Origin: Acidobacteriota bacterium
GTDB lineage: Bacteria > Acidobacteriota > UBA6911 > RPQK01 > JAJDTT01
Reading direction: 5' to 3'
DNA: 64,000 bases
Assembly: GCA_965209055.1 (NCBI GenBank)
Contig: OZ242374.1
Location: forward strand, 2,432,001 to 2,496,000
The notes under the pieces were generated by a model that saw only the letters and a list, made by a program, of their open reading frames with translations, was not told the origin of the DNA and did not search any database. The translations under genes and the position numbers were made by a program. Positions 10,352-19,257 of the stretch are shown piece by piece (the first letter of the stretch is position 1; each line of letters begins with the position of its first letter).

Positions 10352-11368
10352 ATGCCGAAACATCGTCTCGTCTGGCTGACCATCGTCGACCAGGACCCGT
10401 CCCCGCTGGAGGCTCAACTCTCCAGTCTGGACTATGAGCTGGAAGTGGTTCTATTGCCGGACCCGGAGCAGACGGTTCAGGCGGTCCGCGGCGGCGACGC
10501 GGTCGTCACGGTCGGCGTGCCGCTTCGGACCGAGGTGCTGGATCAGGCCCAGAGGCTTCGGGCGATACTGAGCCAGGGGCACGGCGTCGATCACATCGAC
10601 ATCGACGATGCCACCCGGCACGGAATCATGGTGGTCAATACGCCCGGCTTCTGCACCGAAGAGGTCTCCAATCACGCTCTGGCGCTGCTGTTGGCCTGTA
10701 CCCGCCAGATCGTCAGTCTGGACCGCCGGGTCAGGAACGGGGAGTGGACGCCGGACCTGTGGGGCCGGATCGACCCCATTCCTCCCCTCGTCGGGCAGGT
10801 GCTGGGTCTGGTGAGCTTCGGCGGCATCGCCCGGCTTTTTGCCCGCAAGGCCCGGGCTCTGGGATTGAAGATCATCGCCTACGACCCGTACATTCCCCCC
10901 TGGATCGCGCAGGAGTACCGGATCGAGCTGGTCCCGGACCTGAACGAGCTGGCCCGCCGCTCCGACTTCGTTTCCATGCACGTGCCCAACGCCGCCGCCA
11001 CCCGGGGCATGCTTGGCGAAGACTTCTTCCGGGCCATGAAGCCGAGTGCTTATTTCGTGAACACGGGCCGGGGCCGCACCGTCGACGAGGCGGCCATGAT
11101 TTCGGCGCTTCAAGAGGGGGAGATCGCCGGCGCCGGACTGGACGTTTTCGAGGTGGAACCGCTTTCTTCGGACAGTCCGCTCATGGACATGGTCAACGTC
11201 GTCCTGACCCCGCATTCGGCCGGGCTCTCGGACGCGATCTGGAATCGGGGGGCCACCATCATGGGGCAGGAAGCGGCTCGCATCTTCAGGGGGGAGTGGC
11301 CCATGTCCCTGGCCAATCCCCAGGTAAGGGACCGCGTGCCTCCCCGCAAGCCGGCCACCAACTCCTGA
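10352..11368 (+). CDS. D-isomer-specific 2-hydroxyacid dehydrogenase (CtBP/SerA-like)
   Basis: GVDHIDID, NTPGFCTEEVS, SFGGIAR, YDPY, VNTGRG, AGLDVFEVEP, TPHSA. Start set at ATG 10352 after AGGAG. Confidence 0.9.
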   Translation: MPKHRLVWLTIVDQDPSPLEAQLSSLDYELEVVLLPDPEQTVQAVRGGDAVVTVGVPLRTEVLDQAQRLRAILSQGHGVDHIDIDDATRHGIMVVNTPGFCTEEVSNHALALLLACTRQIVSLDRRVRNGEWTPDLWGRIDPIPPLVGQVLGLVSFGGIARLFARKARALGLKIIAYDPYIPPWIAQEYRIELVPDLNELARRSDFVSMHVPNAAATRGMLGEDFFRAMKPSAYFVNTGRGRTVDEAAMISALQEGEIAGAGLDVFEVEPLSSDSPLMDMVNVVLTPHSAGLSDAIWNRGATIMGQEAARIFRGEWPMSLANPQVRDRVPPRKPATNS

Positions 11369-11410
11369 TCGAATGGGACTGAAATCCCGTCAGCGGCGGC
11401 AAGCCTCCAT

Positions 11411-11773
11411 TCAGGCGGGGTGCACGTACTCCACCGGCTGGGGTTGGATCTCGTCGGCCGGCCGGCGTCCGGCGTCACGCCGGCCGCTGCCTTGAAGCCG
11501 GCTGATGATCCGCACCGTCATCTCGTGGTCGCAACAGATCTGGCAGCTCAGGCGGACGCCGGTCACTCGGCGCATCTCCAGGACATTCTTTTCCGCAGCC
11601 GTCATCCGAGCCGGCTCGCCGTCGACGAACTCCACCCTGCAGGTGGTGCAGCGGGCGTTCCCGCCGCAGGCGTGAAGCTGATCGATGCCGGCCTCGTCGG
11701 TGAGAGCCAGGACCAGCCGTTTGCCGGCATCCACGTCGAAATCGCCTACACCCTCCACAGTCAGCTTGGGCAT
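11411..11773 (-). CDS. 2Fe-2S ferredoxin (adrenodoxin-like)
   Basis: HACGGNARCTTC...RLSCQ. Confidence 0.9.
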   Translation of the reverse strand: MPKLTVEGVGDFDVDAGKRLVLALTDEAGIDQLHACGGNARCTTCRVEFVDGEPARMTAAEKNVLEMRRVTGVRLSCQICCDHEMTVRIISRLQGSGRRDAGRRPADEIQPQPVEYVHPA

Positions 11774-11775
11774 GC

Positions 11776-12567
11776 CTACTCCTCTTTTGTGGTTTCCAAC
11801 TTTCGATCGAAGTCTTGCCGGTATTGCAGGTCGTCCCCCAGCGGAACCGCCCGGAACTCGTGTTCGATCGTGCGGTCCAACACCGGGTCGTTGAGACCCA
11901 CCAGGAAGCGGTCACCCACGCCCAGCGCCGTTTCCGGGGGAAGGTCCAGCCGCTGGACGGTCTCATCCACCGAATCCAGGAAGGAACCGCAACCGCAGTA
12001 CAGGACCATGGGATCGGACAGCGATCGCACCTCGTTCATGTTCAGCAGGTATTCCAGGTCCACCAACTCCGAGATCTTACTGTCCTGCAACGGGACCGTA
12101 TTCTCCCCCACCACCACGTGGCTGAAGATGCGCAATTCGTCCCAGTGGGGACGGATCTCCTCGTAAGGCCAGGCCGTCCGCGCCAACGGGTGGGGACACA
12201 TCTGTTTCGGCTTGTCCGGAAAGAGGGGGTCGAGTTCCCGGTCGCACTGGTCGCTGCCCACGGAAATGAGGATCTCCTGCCCGTCGCGGATGGCGACGAC
12301 TTCGGCTTCCCCACCCGTCATCGAACCCTGGACCTCGAAGTCGGGACTCTGGGTGAGCAGATAACGGCCGAGGTGGAAGATGGACGGATTCGTAAGCGTC
12401 GCCATGGTGAAGCGTCCGTCCCGCTCGAGCTGTTCATCCATCTCCTTCCGCATCCCCTTCACGTCCCGGGAGCAGAATCGGGCTCCGGACACCGACCCCA
12501 CCGGGAGAGAGCGCTGCTCCGTACCTGACCGGCCCTGGACCGTCATCTCGACATAGGTGATCTGCAT
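11776..12567 (-). CDS. DUF2848 family protein (FAH-like fold)
   Basis: TGGEAE, VGSDQCDRELD, KQMCPHPLA, WPYEEIRPHWDEL, LNDPVLDRTIEHEF resemble the DUF2848 consensus as I recall it. Confidence 0.7.
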   Translation of the reverse strand: MQITYVEMTVQGRSGTEQRSLPVGSVSGARFCSRDVKGMRKEMDEQLERDGRFTMATLTNPSIFHLGRYLLTQSPDFEVQGSMTGGEAEVVAIRDGQEILISVGSDQCDRELDPLFPDKPKQMCPHPLARTAWPYEEIRPHWDELRIFSHVVVGENTVPLQDSKISELVDLEYLLNMNEVRSLSDPMVLYCGCGSFLDSVDETVQRLDLPPETALGVGDRFLVGLNDPVLDRTIEHEFRAVPLGDDLQYRQDFDRKLETTKEE

Positions 12568-12915
12568 CGGCGTAGAATACTCGGATTCTTCCTTGCGTGC
12601 GACAGCATCGAACCGGCTGATGCGGGATCGGATGCGCGCTGGCTACGGTTACAGGAAACCGCCGGAAACGGCCGGGTCTCCCGGTTCGATTCTCTAGACG
12701 TGCCCATTCTTTCGTGCTATTTCTGGAAAAAATTTAGTCGCGAACAGGACTTTCATCTCCGCGCGCCGGTCGGGGCTGCCAAGTCGGAAGGTCTCCCCAG
12801 AGTAGATAGCGCAGTGTTCGAGACCCTTTCCCAACCGAAATTCTTCAAACCATTCAGAAACCATGCACCGCCGCCCGGCTTATCGATGCCGTGGCGGCGC
12901 CGGAGGACCTCCACC

Positions 12916-13893
12916 ATGGCCGGATTCCGATGGCCCTATCTGTTGATCACTTCGATTCTGGCGGTCGCCGGACCGGGAATCGCTCCGGCGCAAACCTCGG
13001 CTTGCGCCGATCACTCGATTTCCGCCGGGGCCGTGCGGACATACGAGGACGTGGAGGCGTTCGTCAAATGCGCCTACGAGTTTGTCCAGGAAGTGGGCTT
13101 CGAGGAGGCGAAAAGGGCCTTCCACGAAGACGAACGGTGGAGAAAGGGACCCAACTATATTTTCGTCTCCGAGGATACGCCCGTGAGTGAAGAGACTCGG
13201 AGCTTGGTATTTCCGCCCGACCCGTCCAGGGAAGGACGGACGATAACGCGGCTGCTGGACGACGCCTTCGGCAACAATTACTACAGGGATCGGCATCGTA
13301 TCCTGAGCCTCGTCGGTGAGGGCTGGATCCATTACGCGTTCACGAACCCGGCGACCGGCATGGAAGAGCCCAAGGCCTCCTACGTCAAGAGCATCGACTG
13401 GGACGGGACCCCGGCCGCCATCGGCTCCGGCATCTACCGGCGCGACCTCCCGGGGACCTGCCGGCGAGAAGAGGTCAACGCCACGGTGCTCGGGATGGAC
13501 CCGTCCAACGAGAGGCTGCAGGAGTTCGTCCGTTGCGCCGCCATGGAAGTGGAAGCGATGGGGTACTTCGCCTCCATCAGCCTGTCCGCGGATCCCCGTT
13601 GGAGGCACGACTCGATCTATGTGTTCGGCGTCGACGGAAACGGAAACACGCTGTTCAGCGGGGATCCCTACCGCTGGGGCGGTTGGACCTTGGGCGGCCC
13701 CGATACCGAGCTGACCTCCCTGGCCGACCGGGACGACCTGAGCGTGGCCCAGGCCTTCGGTGAAACCTTCCTCTACTACCTGAGCCGAAACCCCGCCACC
13801 GGGATGGAGCAGCGGAAAGTCGTCTTCGTCAAGCGGGTGGTCACCTACGGCCTGCCGATCCTCATCGGCTCGGGTTATTATCTGGATGAATGA
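12916..13893 (+). CDS. Secreted stand-alone tandem Cache-domain protein, paralog 1
   Basis: Signal peptide, then two Cache-like modules (YIFV...GEGWIHYAFTNPATGMEEPKASYVK...IGSGIY and YVFG...YYLSRNPATGMEQRKVVFVK...IGSGYY). No TM or output domain. GGAGG RBS before ATG 12916. Confidence 0.8.
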   Translation: MAGFRWPYLLITSILAVAGPGIAPAQTSACADHSISAGAVRTYEDVEAFVKCAYEFVQEVGFEEAKRAFHEDERWRKGPNYIFVSEDTPVSEETRSLVFPPDPSREGRTITRLLDDAFGNNYYRDRHRILSLVGEGWIHYAFTNPATGMEEPKASYVKSIDWDGTPAAIGSGIYRRDLPGTCRREEVNATVLGMDPSNERLQEFVRCAAMEVEAMGYFASISLSADPRWRHDSIYVFGVDGNGNTLFSGDPYRWGGWTLGGPDTELTSLADRDDLSVAQAFGETFLYYLSRNPATGMEQRKVVFVKRVVTYGLPILIGSGYYLDE

Positions 13894-13936
13894 AAAACTG
13901 CGGGCTCAAGCCCGATTGCGAATCTGGAGGACAATC

Positions 13937-14923
13937 ATGACAATGAATCGCAGACTGTCCGGTTGCCTTTTTCTCTTATCCCTGCTGGTGGCGCCGCCCC
14001 AGGCATTCGGCAGCGATGACGGTCCGTCGTGTGCGGAGAATTCCGTCGTCGCCAGCGCCGTGCAGACTCGCGAAGACGTTCGCGCATTCGTTCAGTGCGC
14101 CTACGAATACGCCATTGAGATGGGGCCGGAAGAAGCTCGCAGGGCGTTCAACGAGGACGAGCGTTGGAATAGCGGTTCCATCTACGTCTTCATTTCCGAA
14201 TCGACGCCGGAAAGCGATCAGGCCCATCACTTTGTTTTCCCGCCCGAACCCGAGCGGGAGGGAACTTCGCGCGGACTCCTGATCGACGTCTTCGGCAACG
14301 ACTACTACAAGGAGCAACACCGCATCACCAGCGGCTTCGGAGAAGGTTGGTTGTACTATTCCTTCACGAATTTCGCGACCGGCAGGGACGAGCCGAAGGC
14401 GACCTACATCAAGAGCATCGACTGGAACGGAACCCCGGCCGGCATCGGCGCGGGAATCTACCTGCGGGACATTCCGGGCTCCTGCAATCGGGAAGAGGTC
14501 AACGCAGCGGGACTCCTTGCCGCTCCTTCCCATCGGAGCTTGCAGGAATTCGTCCGGTGCGCGGCCATGGAACTGGAGGCCATGGGGTATTTCGCCTCCA
14601 TCAGCTTGTCGGCGGATCCGCGCTGGAGGCAGGACTCGGTCTATGTGTTCGGGGTGGACGGGAACGGCAACACTCTGTTCAGCGGCGAACCCTACCGCTG
14701 GGGCGGCTGGACCCTGGGCGGAACCGGCACCGAGCTGACCTCGCTCGAGGATCGGGACGACCTCAGCGTGGCCGACGCCTTCGGTGAGACCTTCCTCTAC
14801 TACAGGTCCCGAAACCCCTCCACCGGCATGCAGCAGCGTAAGGTGGTATTCGTCAAGCGGGTTGTCACCTATGGCCTGCCGATCCTGATCGGCTCCGGCT
14901 ACTATCTTGAGGATGAGGAATAG
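13937..14923 (+). CDS. Secreted stand-alone tandem Cache-domain protein, paralog 2
   Basis: Same architecture as 12916-13893, with a nearly identical C-terminal module. GGAGG RBS before ATG 13937. Confidence 0.8.
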   Translation: MTMNRRLSGCLFLLSLLVAPPQAFGSDDGPSCAENSVVASAVQTREDVRAFVQCAYEYAIEMGPEEARRAFNEDERWNSGSIYVFISESTPESDQAHHFVFPPEPEREGTSRGLLIDVFGNDYYKEQHRITSGFGEGWLYYSFTNFATGRDEPKATYIKSIDWNGTPAGIGAGIYLRDIPGSCNREEVNAAGLLAAPSHRSLQEFVRCAAMELEAMGYFASISLSADPRWRQDSVYVFGVDGNGNTLFSGEPYRWGGWTLGGTGTELTSLEDRDDLSVADAFGETFLYYRSRNPSTGMQQRKVVFVKRVVTYGLPILIGSGYYLEDEE

Positions 14924-14965
14924 GCTCCCGGGTCCCTGAATCAAGTCCGGGTTCCGGGCCCTGAA

Positions 14966-16465
14966 TCACCCCATTTCGTTCTTGGCCTTCTGCAACAGCT
15001 CCAGTCCTTTCGCCGCGATGGCATTTCCCGCCGGACGCGCGAATGGAGGCCGCAGGTAGTAGCGGTAGGCGGCCGACATGTACTCTCCGTCCCCCACGTC
15101 CTGGCTGGCTCCGATGTAACCCAGGTACCCGTTGCTGTAGGCCGCCGGAATCGTCATGGGGAAGGGGCTTCCCCGACGGATCTGCCGCCCGATGTCGGAA
15201 AAGGCTTCACAGGGGATGGTCACGACGGCCACGTCCCCCAGAACGATAGCCTGCACCGGCACCGGCAGGGACGCGGGCAGCGCCGTGCCCTCTTTTTGAA
15301 CCTTCAAAGCCCAGTCGGTCCATCTCAGCAGCGGCCGGGCCAGGTTCCTCCGGTATTTCATCTTCATGGTCGCGGAAAAGTTGTAGCCCAGGACCCGGAG
15401 CGTGTCGGGGTCGCCGGCCTCGGTTCTCCGCTGGAAATCCATCAGTTCCTGCCGCTGTTGCCGGAGTTCCTCAGGTGAGGGCAGGGGACCATAGGGAACC
15501 TGGGCCGTACCCCAGGCCAGGGCCAGGGCGGACCTGGAATTGGGCCGGGTTTCGGACGCGGCCCGGATGAAGGCGTCTCCCAGGCGCCGTCCGGCGGCCC
15601 GGGCCCTTGCGGCGCCGTCGAACATGCCCTTGACGTTGATGTCCCCCGCGCAGCCCTGGAGGAAGAACCCCACCGGCCGTTGGGGGTGAAACGATTCCAG
15701 CAGGTCCAGTATGGCCCAGCCCGAGAAGTCGGGATTGATCACCGGTTCCTCCAGGTTGTAGGAGGCCACCGGGTGGCCCGTGAAATGTCCCATGACGGCC
15801 AGAGGCGTACCGTCGCGCCGATCGAAGCGAAGCAGCGAAACCAGGGGATCGTTGGCGCCCTCGAAGTCCCCCAACAGAACCCGGTCCTCCTCTCGCATGA
15901 AGTAGGTGGAACCGTCGGGCCGGACCCCCTTGCGGTTGTAGGTGATGGAGGACTCCTCCGTTGTCGCCCAGGAGAGTCTGGCCGGCTCGAAACCGGCCTC
16001 CAGGGAACGGGCGGCCTCCCGGAGATTCCTGAAGAACCGCTTCCCGAACCCTCGTGCGTTGTTCCTCAGGCCGCCCAGGGTGACGACGGAGTGGTTGTGG
16101 GTCGCGGAGGTGATGGTCTGCTCCTGGGGAATGCCCAGTCCCCGGGCCAGATGGCGCCGTCCCTCGGACCAGATGTTGTAGTCGCTGTTGGCCCAGCCCA
16201 GAGTCAGCTTCCCCTGCCGCAGAGCCAGGAGACGGGTCTCCATGGGACCCTCGATCTTCCGGACCACCGGATTGACGCCCAGGGTCGGAGACGGGACGCC
16301 TGTGGGCGGGGTGCAATCGAAGCGGAGGGCGGAGATTTCCAACTCCCCGCGGCCCACCATCACCTGATCGGCCGCCGGTTTCCCCCACGCACGCCGCGGA
16401 AACGGCAGCAGGGAAGCTCCCAGACCCACCAGAAAGTGACGCCGGCCGGTGCTTCTTCTCACCAT
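14966..16465 (-). CDS. Tat-exported neutral/alkaline ceramidase-like metallo-amidohydrolase
   Basis: GRRHFL Tat motif, SATHNHS, GHPV, FLQGCAGDIN, IPCEAF, YSNGYLGY. Confidence 0.7.
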   Translation of the reverse strand: MVRRSTGRRHFLVGLGASLLPFPRRAWGKPAADQVMVGRGELEISALRFDCTPPTGVPSPTLGVNPVVRKIEGPMETRLLALRQGKLTLGWANSDYNIWSEGRRHLARGLGIPQEQTITSATHNHSVVTLGGLRNNARGFGKRFFRNLREAARSLEAGFEPARLSWATTEESSITYNRKGVRPDGSTYFMREEDRVLLGDFEGANDPLVSLLRFDRRDGTPLAVMGHFTGHPVASYNLEEPVINPDFSGWAILDLLESFHPQRPVGFFLQGCAGDINVKGMFDGAARARAAGRRLGDAFIRAASETRPNSRSALALAWGTAQVPYGPLPSPEELRQQRQELMDFQRRTEAGDPDTLRVLGYNFSATMKMKYRRNLARPLLRWTDWALKVQKEGTALPASLPVPVQAIVLGDVAVVTIPCEAFSDIGRQIRRGSPFPMTIPAAYSNGYLGYIGASQDVGDGEYMSAAYRYYLRPPFARPAGNAIAAKGLELLQKAKNEMG

Positions 16466-16531
16466 TTTTTTATAGCCATAATAATTCGCGCCGGCACGGA
16501 AAGATGGATCGCCCGGCGGGAGCCGTCGCTC

Positions 16532-17314
16532 CTACCAGAGGGTGTAGCCTCCATCGATGACGATGCTGGCTCCGGTCACATAGCGGGAGGCGTCGCTGGC
16601 CAGGTAGACGGCCAGCGGTCCCAGGTCTTCGGGTTGCCCGAAGCCACCCATGGGGATGTTGGCTATGAAGGTCTTGATCACCTGGGGGTGGTCCTTGGAC
16701 CAGCGGAGGTTGGGCTCGGTCATGAAGCCTCCGGGACAGATGGCGTTGACCGTGATGCCGTGGGGCGCCCAGTCGGCCGCCACGGCCCGGGTGAAGTGAA
16801 TCACGGCAGCCTTGGACGTCTCGTAGTGACGGCCGCCGATGTCGCGGGCCACGATCAGTCCGTTGATGGAAGCATTGTTGATGATTCGTCCTCCCTGGCC
16901 CCGGCTCACCATGGCCCCGCCGATGATCTTGGTGCAGAGAAAAGTGCTGGTCAGATTCAGGTCGGTGAGGCGGCGCCATTGTTCCAGGGTCATCTCCGTG
17001 GTGGGAATGTTCTCGCGGCGTCCCCCCACGTTGTTGATCAGGATGTCGATGGGCCCATGATCCCGGAGGGCCGTCTCGCAGGCCCGCTCGCAGTCCTCCA
17101 TATCGCCGACGTCGGCCTGGATGGGAAAGGCCTTCCGGCCCCGGCTCACCAGATCCGCAGCCGTCCGCTCCAGGGAGGCTCCATCCCGTCCCACCAGGAT
17201 CACGTCGGCGCCGGCCTCGGCGATGGCCAGGGCCATCTCGCGCCCCAGCCCCCGGCTGCCGCCGGTGATGAACATCTTCTTTCCCGTCAGTCGAAACCGG
17301 TCAAATACGCTCAT
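16532..17314 (-). CDS. SDR family oxidoreductase (gluconate 5-dehydrogenase/KduD-like)
   Basis: TGGSRGLG, NNVG, YETSK, VNAICPG, IDGGYT. Confidence 0.9.
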   Translation of the reverse strand: MSVFDRFRLTGKKMFITGGSRGLGREMALAIAEAGADVILVGRDGASLERTAADLVSRGRKAFPIQADVGDMEDCERACETALRDHGPIDILINNVGGRRENIPTTEMTLEQWRRLTDLNLTSTFLCTKIIGGAMVSRGQGGRIINNASINGLIVARDIGGRHYETSKAAVIHFTRAVAADWAPHGITVNAICPGGFMTEPNLRWSKDHPQVIKTFIANIPMGGFGQPEDLGPLAVYLASDASRYVTGASIVIDGGYTLW

Positions 17315-17336
17315 GATTTATTTCTCTTTGGGAACT

Positions 17337-17431
17337 GGAGGGGCGGCTTCCAGCCGCCCGTTCCCCCGTTTCCCATTCCGCTCGTCTCCCCATGCCGCCC
17401 CCGGAGTTCGGCGGTTGGAAACCGCCGCTCC
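17337..17431. repeat. REP doublet (REPIN), GGAG-type, copy 1
   Basis: GGAGGGGCGGCTTCCAGCCGCC (17337-17358) and GGCGGTTGGAAACCGCCGCTCC (17410-17431) are inverted (3 mismatches in 22) and each is itself a hairpin. Related copies at 26497 and 36883. Confidence 0.75.
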
Positions 17432-17439
17432 CCTCTTTC

Positions 17440-18465
17440 CTAATCCCCGTGCGCGTCCCGCCAGTCGAACACCACGTTCATGATGGTCTTGTCCCGGTGG
17501 TAGGCCATCTCGTAGGCCTCCACCATCCGAGTGTAGTGGAGCCGGTGGGTCACGAGGCGCTTGGGTTCCAGCAACCCGTCGGCCATCAGCGTGAAGAGGT
17601 GCGACCGGTGCCGTGTCTGCTGGACGTCGCCGCCGGCTCCGGGAAAGAGGTTGGGATCCTCGCCGCTGACGGCGATGAGTGAGATCCCTTTGATGTAGAA
17701 GAGCTGCATGGAGAGGGGGTTGAACTCCAGACCTTCCTCACCGCGGCCCAAAAGGCTGACGATGGAGACGCGGCCACCGTCCCGGACGATCTCCACGGCG
17801 GTTCGGTAGGCGGGCCAAGGGTTGGCCGTCAGTATGACCAGGTCGATGCCGCGTCCGGAGCTGAACTCGTCCAACTTCTTGGCCAAGTCTGGATCATCGC
17901 TGCGGAAGAGGCCGTGGGCCCCCATGTTCTTGGCCATCTCCAGCCGCAGGTCGCTGTTGCCGATGGCGGCAGTGCGCGCCCCATAGAGGGGGCCGACGGC
18001 GACGGCTCCCAAGCCCAGAGTCCCGAGCCCGACCACGGCCACGGTTTCGCCCGGCCGGAAGAGTCCCTTGTGATAACAGTGGGCGCTCAGGGAATAGAGA
18101 TTCGCGAACACCGCATCTTCCGGTTCAACGCCGTCGGGAACCGTGACCAGGGCCCCCTCGGCGGGAGTACAGATGTACTCCGACTGGTGGTGCATCTGGG
18201 ACAGGACCCGGTCTCCAACTTTGAAGCCTGTGACGTTGGAGCCGACGCCCCGGACTTCGCCCAAATTGCTGTCACCTACCCACCGGGGATAGACGGGGGC
18301 TCCGGGGACGTCCTCGGCCCCTTCGTAGTTGCCGCGGTCGGTCCCGATCTTGAATCCGGTCACGATGGTCCGGACCCAGACCTGGTCCGGCGCCAGATTC
18401 GACGGGTCGAGCTCATGGTCTTCGATGCGAAGGTCCCGGGGGCCGTGCAGGATGGCGATCTTCAT
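17440..18465 (-). CDS. MDR (zinc-binding alcohol dehydrogenase superfamily) oxidoreductase, canonical Zn ligands absent
   Basis: GroES-like N-terminus, FKVGDRV, VVGLGTLG, LVTHR. IGTD and GDS stand where CGTD and GHE are usual. Confidence 0.85.
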   Translation of the reverse strand: MKIAILHGPRDLRIEDHELDPSNLAPDQVWVRTIVTGFKIGTDRGNYEGAEDVPGAPVYPRWVGDSNLGEVRGVGSNVTGFKVGDRVLSQMHHQSEYICTPAEGALVTVPDGVEPEDAVFANLYSLSAHCYHKGLFRPGETVAVVGLGTLGLGAVAVGPLYGARTAAIGNSDLRLEMAKNMGAHGLFRSDDPDLAKKLDEFSSGRGIDLVILTANPWPAYRTAVEIVRDGGRVSIVSLLGRGEEGLEFNPLSMQLFYIKGISLIAVSGEDPNLFPGAGGDVQQTRHRSHLFTLMADGLLEPKRLVTHRLHYTRMVEAYEMAYHRDKTIMNVVFDWRDAHGD

Positions 18466-18638
18466 CTGGGCTTGCTCCTGGTCGGTATGTCAGTCCTGGC
18501 GAAATTCGGGAGTGCCAACGTTACCAGCCCGTATCGACTTTTGCCACGGTCCGGGAGGAGCGCAAATGGGCGCAGAATTCATCGCCTGACTATCGCGGAA
18601 AGAGAATCGGCACTATCCTGGAAATAGGAGATCGGCCT

Positions 18639-19241
18639 ATGACGGCGAAGCGGATTCGGCGTAGAGACGCCCTCAAGACGATGGCGGTGGGCTCTTCCGG
18701 TCTGGTCCGGTTGGCCGTGTCGGCGCCGGTGGCGGGATCCGCCCCGGGAGCGGCCGCGGCAGCGGCTCAAGGCGCGGGCGGGGCTTGGACGCCCGGTTTT
18801 CTGACGCCGGATCAGGGCGAGCTGGTGGCGACGCTCGCCGAACTCATTATCCCGGAAACCGGCACTCCCGGGGCAAGAGCCGCCCGGGTCCACGAGCACA
18901 TCGATCTGGTCTTGAGTCACGAGACCGATGAGGTTCGAAAGGCATTTCTCGAGGGACTGGAGGAGGTCGACCGCCTCAGCCTCGTCCGGTACGAGAAGGA
19001 GTTTGTCCGGCTTTCTCCCGAGGACCGGGAGGCGCTCCTGAGCCGGCTTGCGGATCCGGAACCGGATCAACCTGAGGAAGGGGCGGGACACCGCTTCTTC
19101 CGGGACCTGCGCCGGAGAACGGTGTTCGCCTACTACACCTCCCGCGAGGGGATCCACCAGGAACTGGGGTACCAGGGAAAGCAGGTCCTGGCCCAATGGG
19201 AGGGTTGCCCCCATCCCGGCCATCACGGGGACGGTGACTAG
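18639..19241 (+). CDS. Gluconate 2-dehydrogenase subunit 3 family protein (Tat signal)
   Basis: RRRDALK, LAELIIPETGTPGA, AYYTSREG, LGYQG. Lies directly upstream of a GMC flavoprotein. Confidence 0.88.
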   Translation: MTAKRIRRRDALKTMAVGSSGLVRLAVSAPVAGSAPGAAAAAAQGAGGAWTPGFLTPDQGELVATLAELIIPETGTPGARAARVHEHIDLVLSHETDEVRKAFLEGLEEVDRLSLVRYEKEFVRLSPEDREALLSRLADPEPDQPEEGAGHRFFRDLRRRTVFAYYTSREGIHQELGYQGKQVLAQWEGCPHPGHHGDGD

Positions 19242-19257
19242 CCTTCGAGGTTCGGCA

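Noticed and set aside
14927-14968. Short duplicated CCGGGYCCTGAATCA between convergent genes
   Set aside because: Too short and local to assign; probably a small duplication or terminator region.
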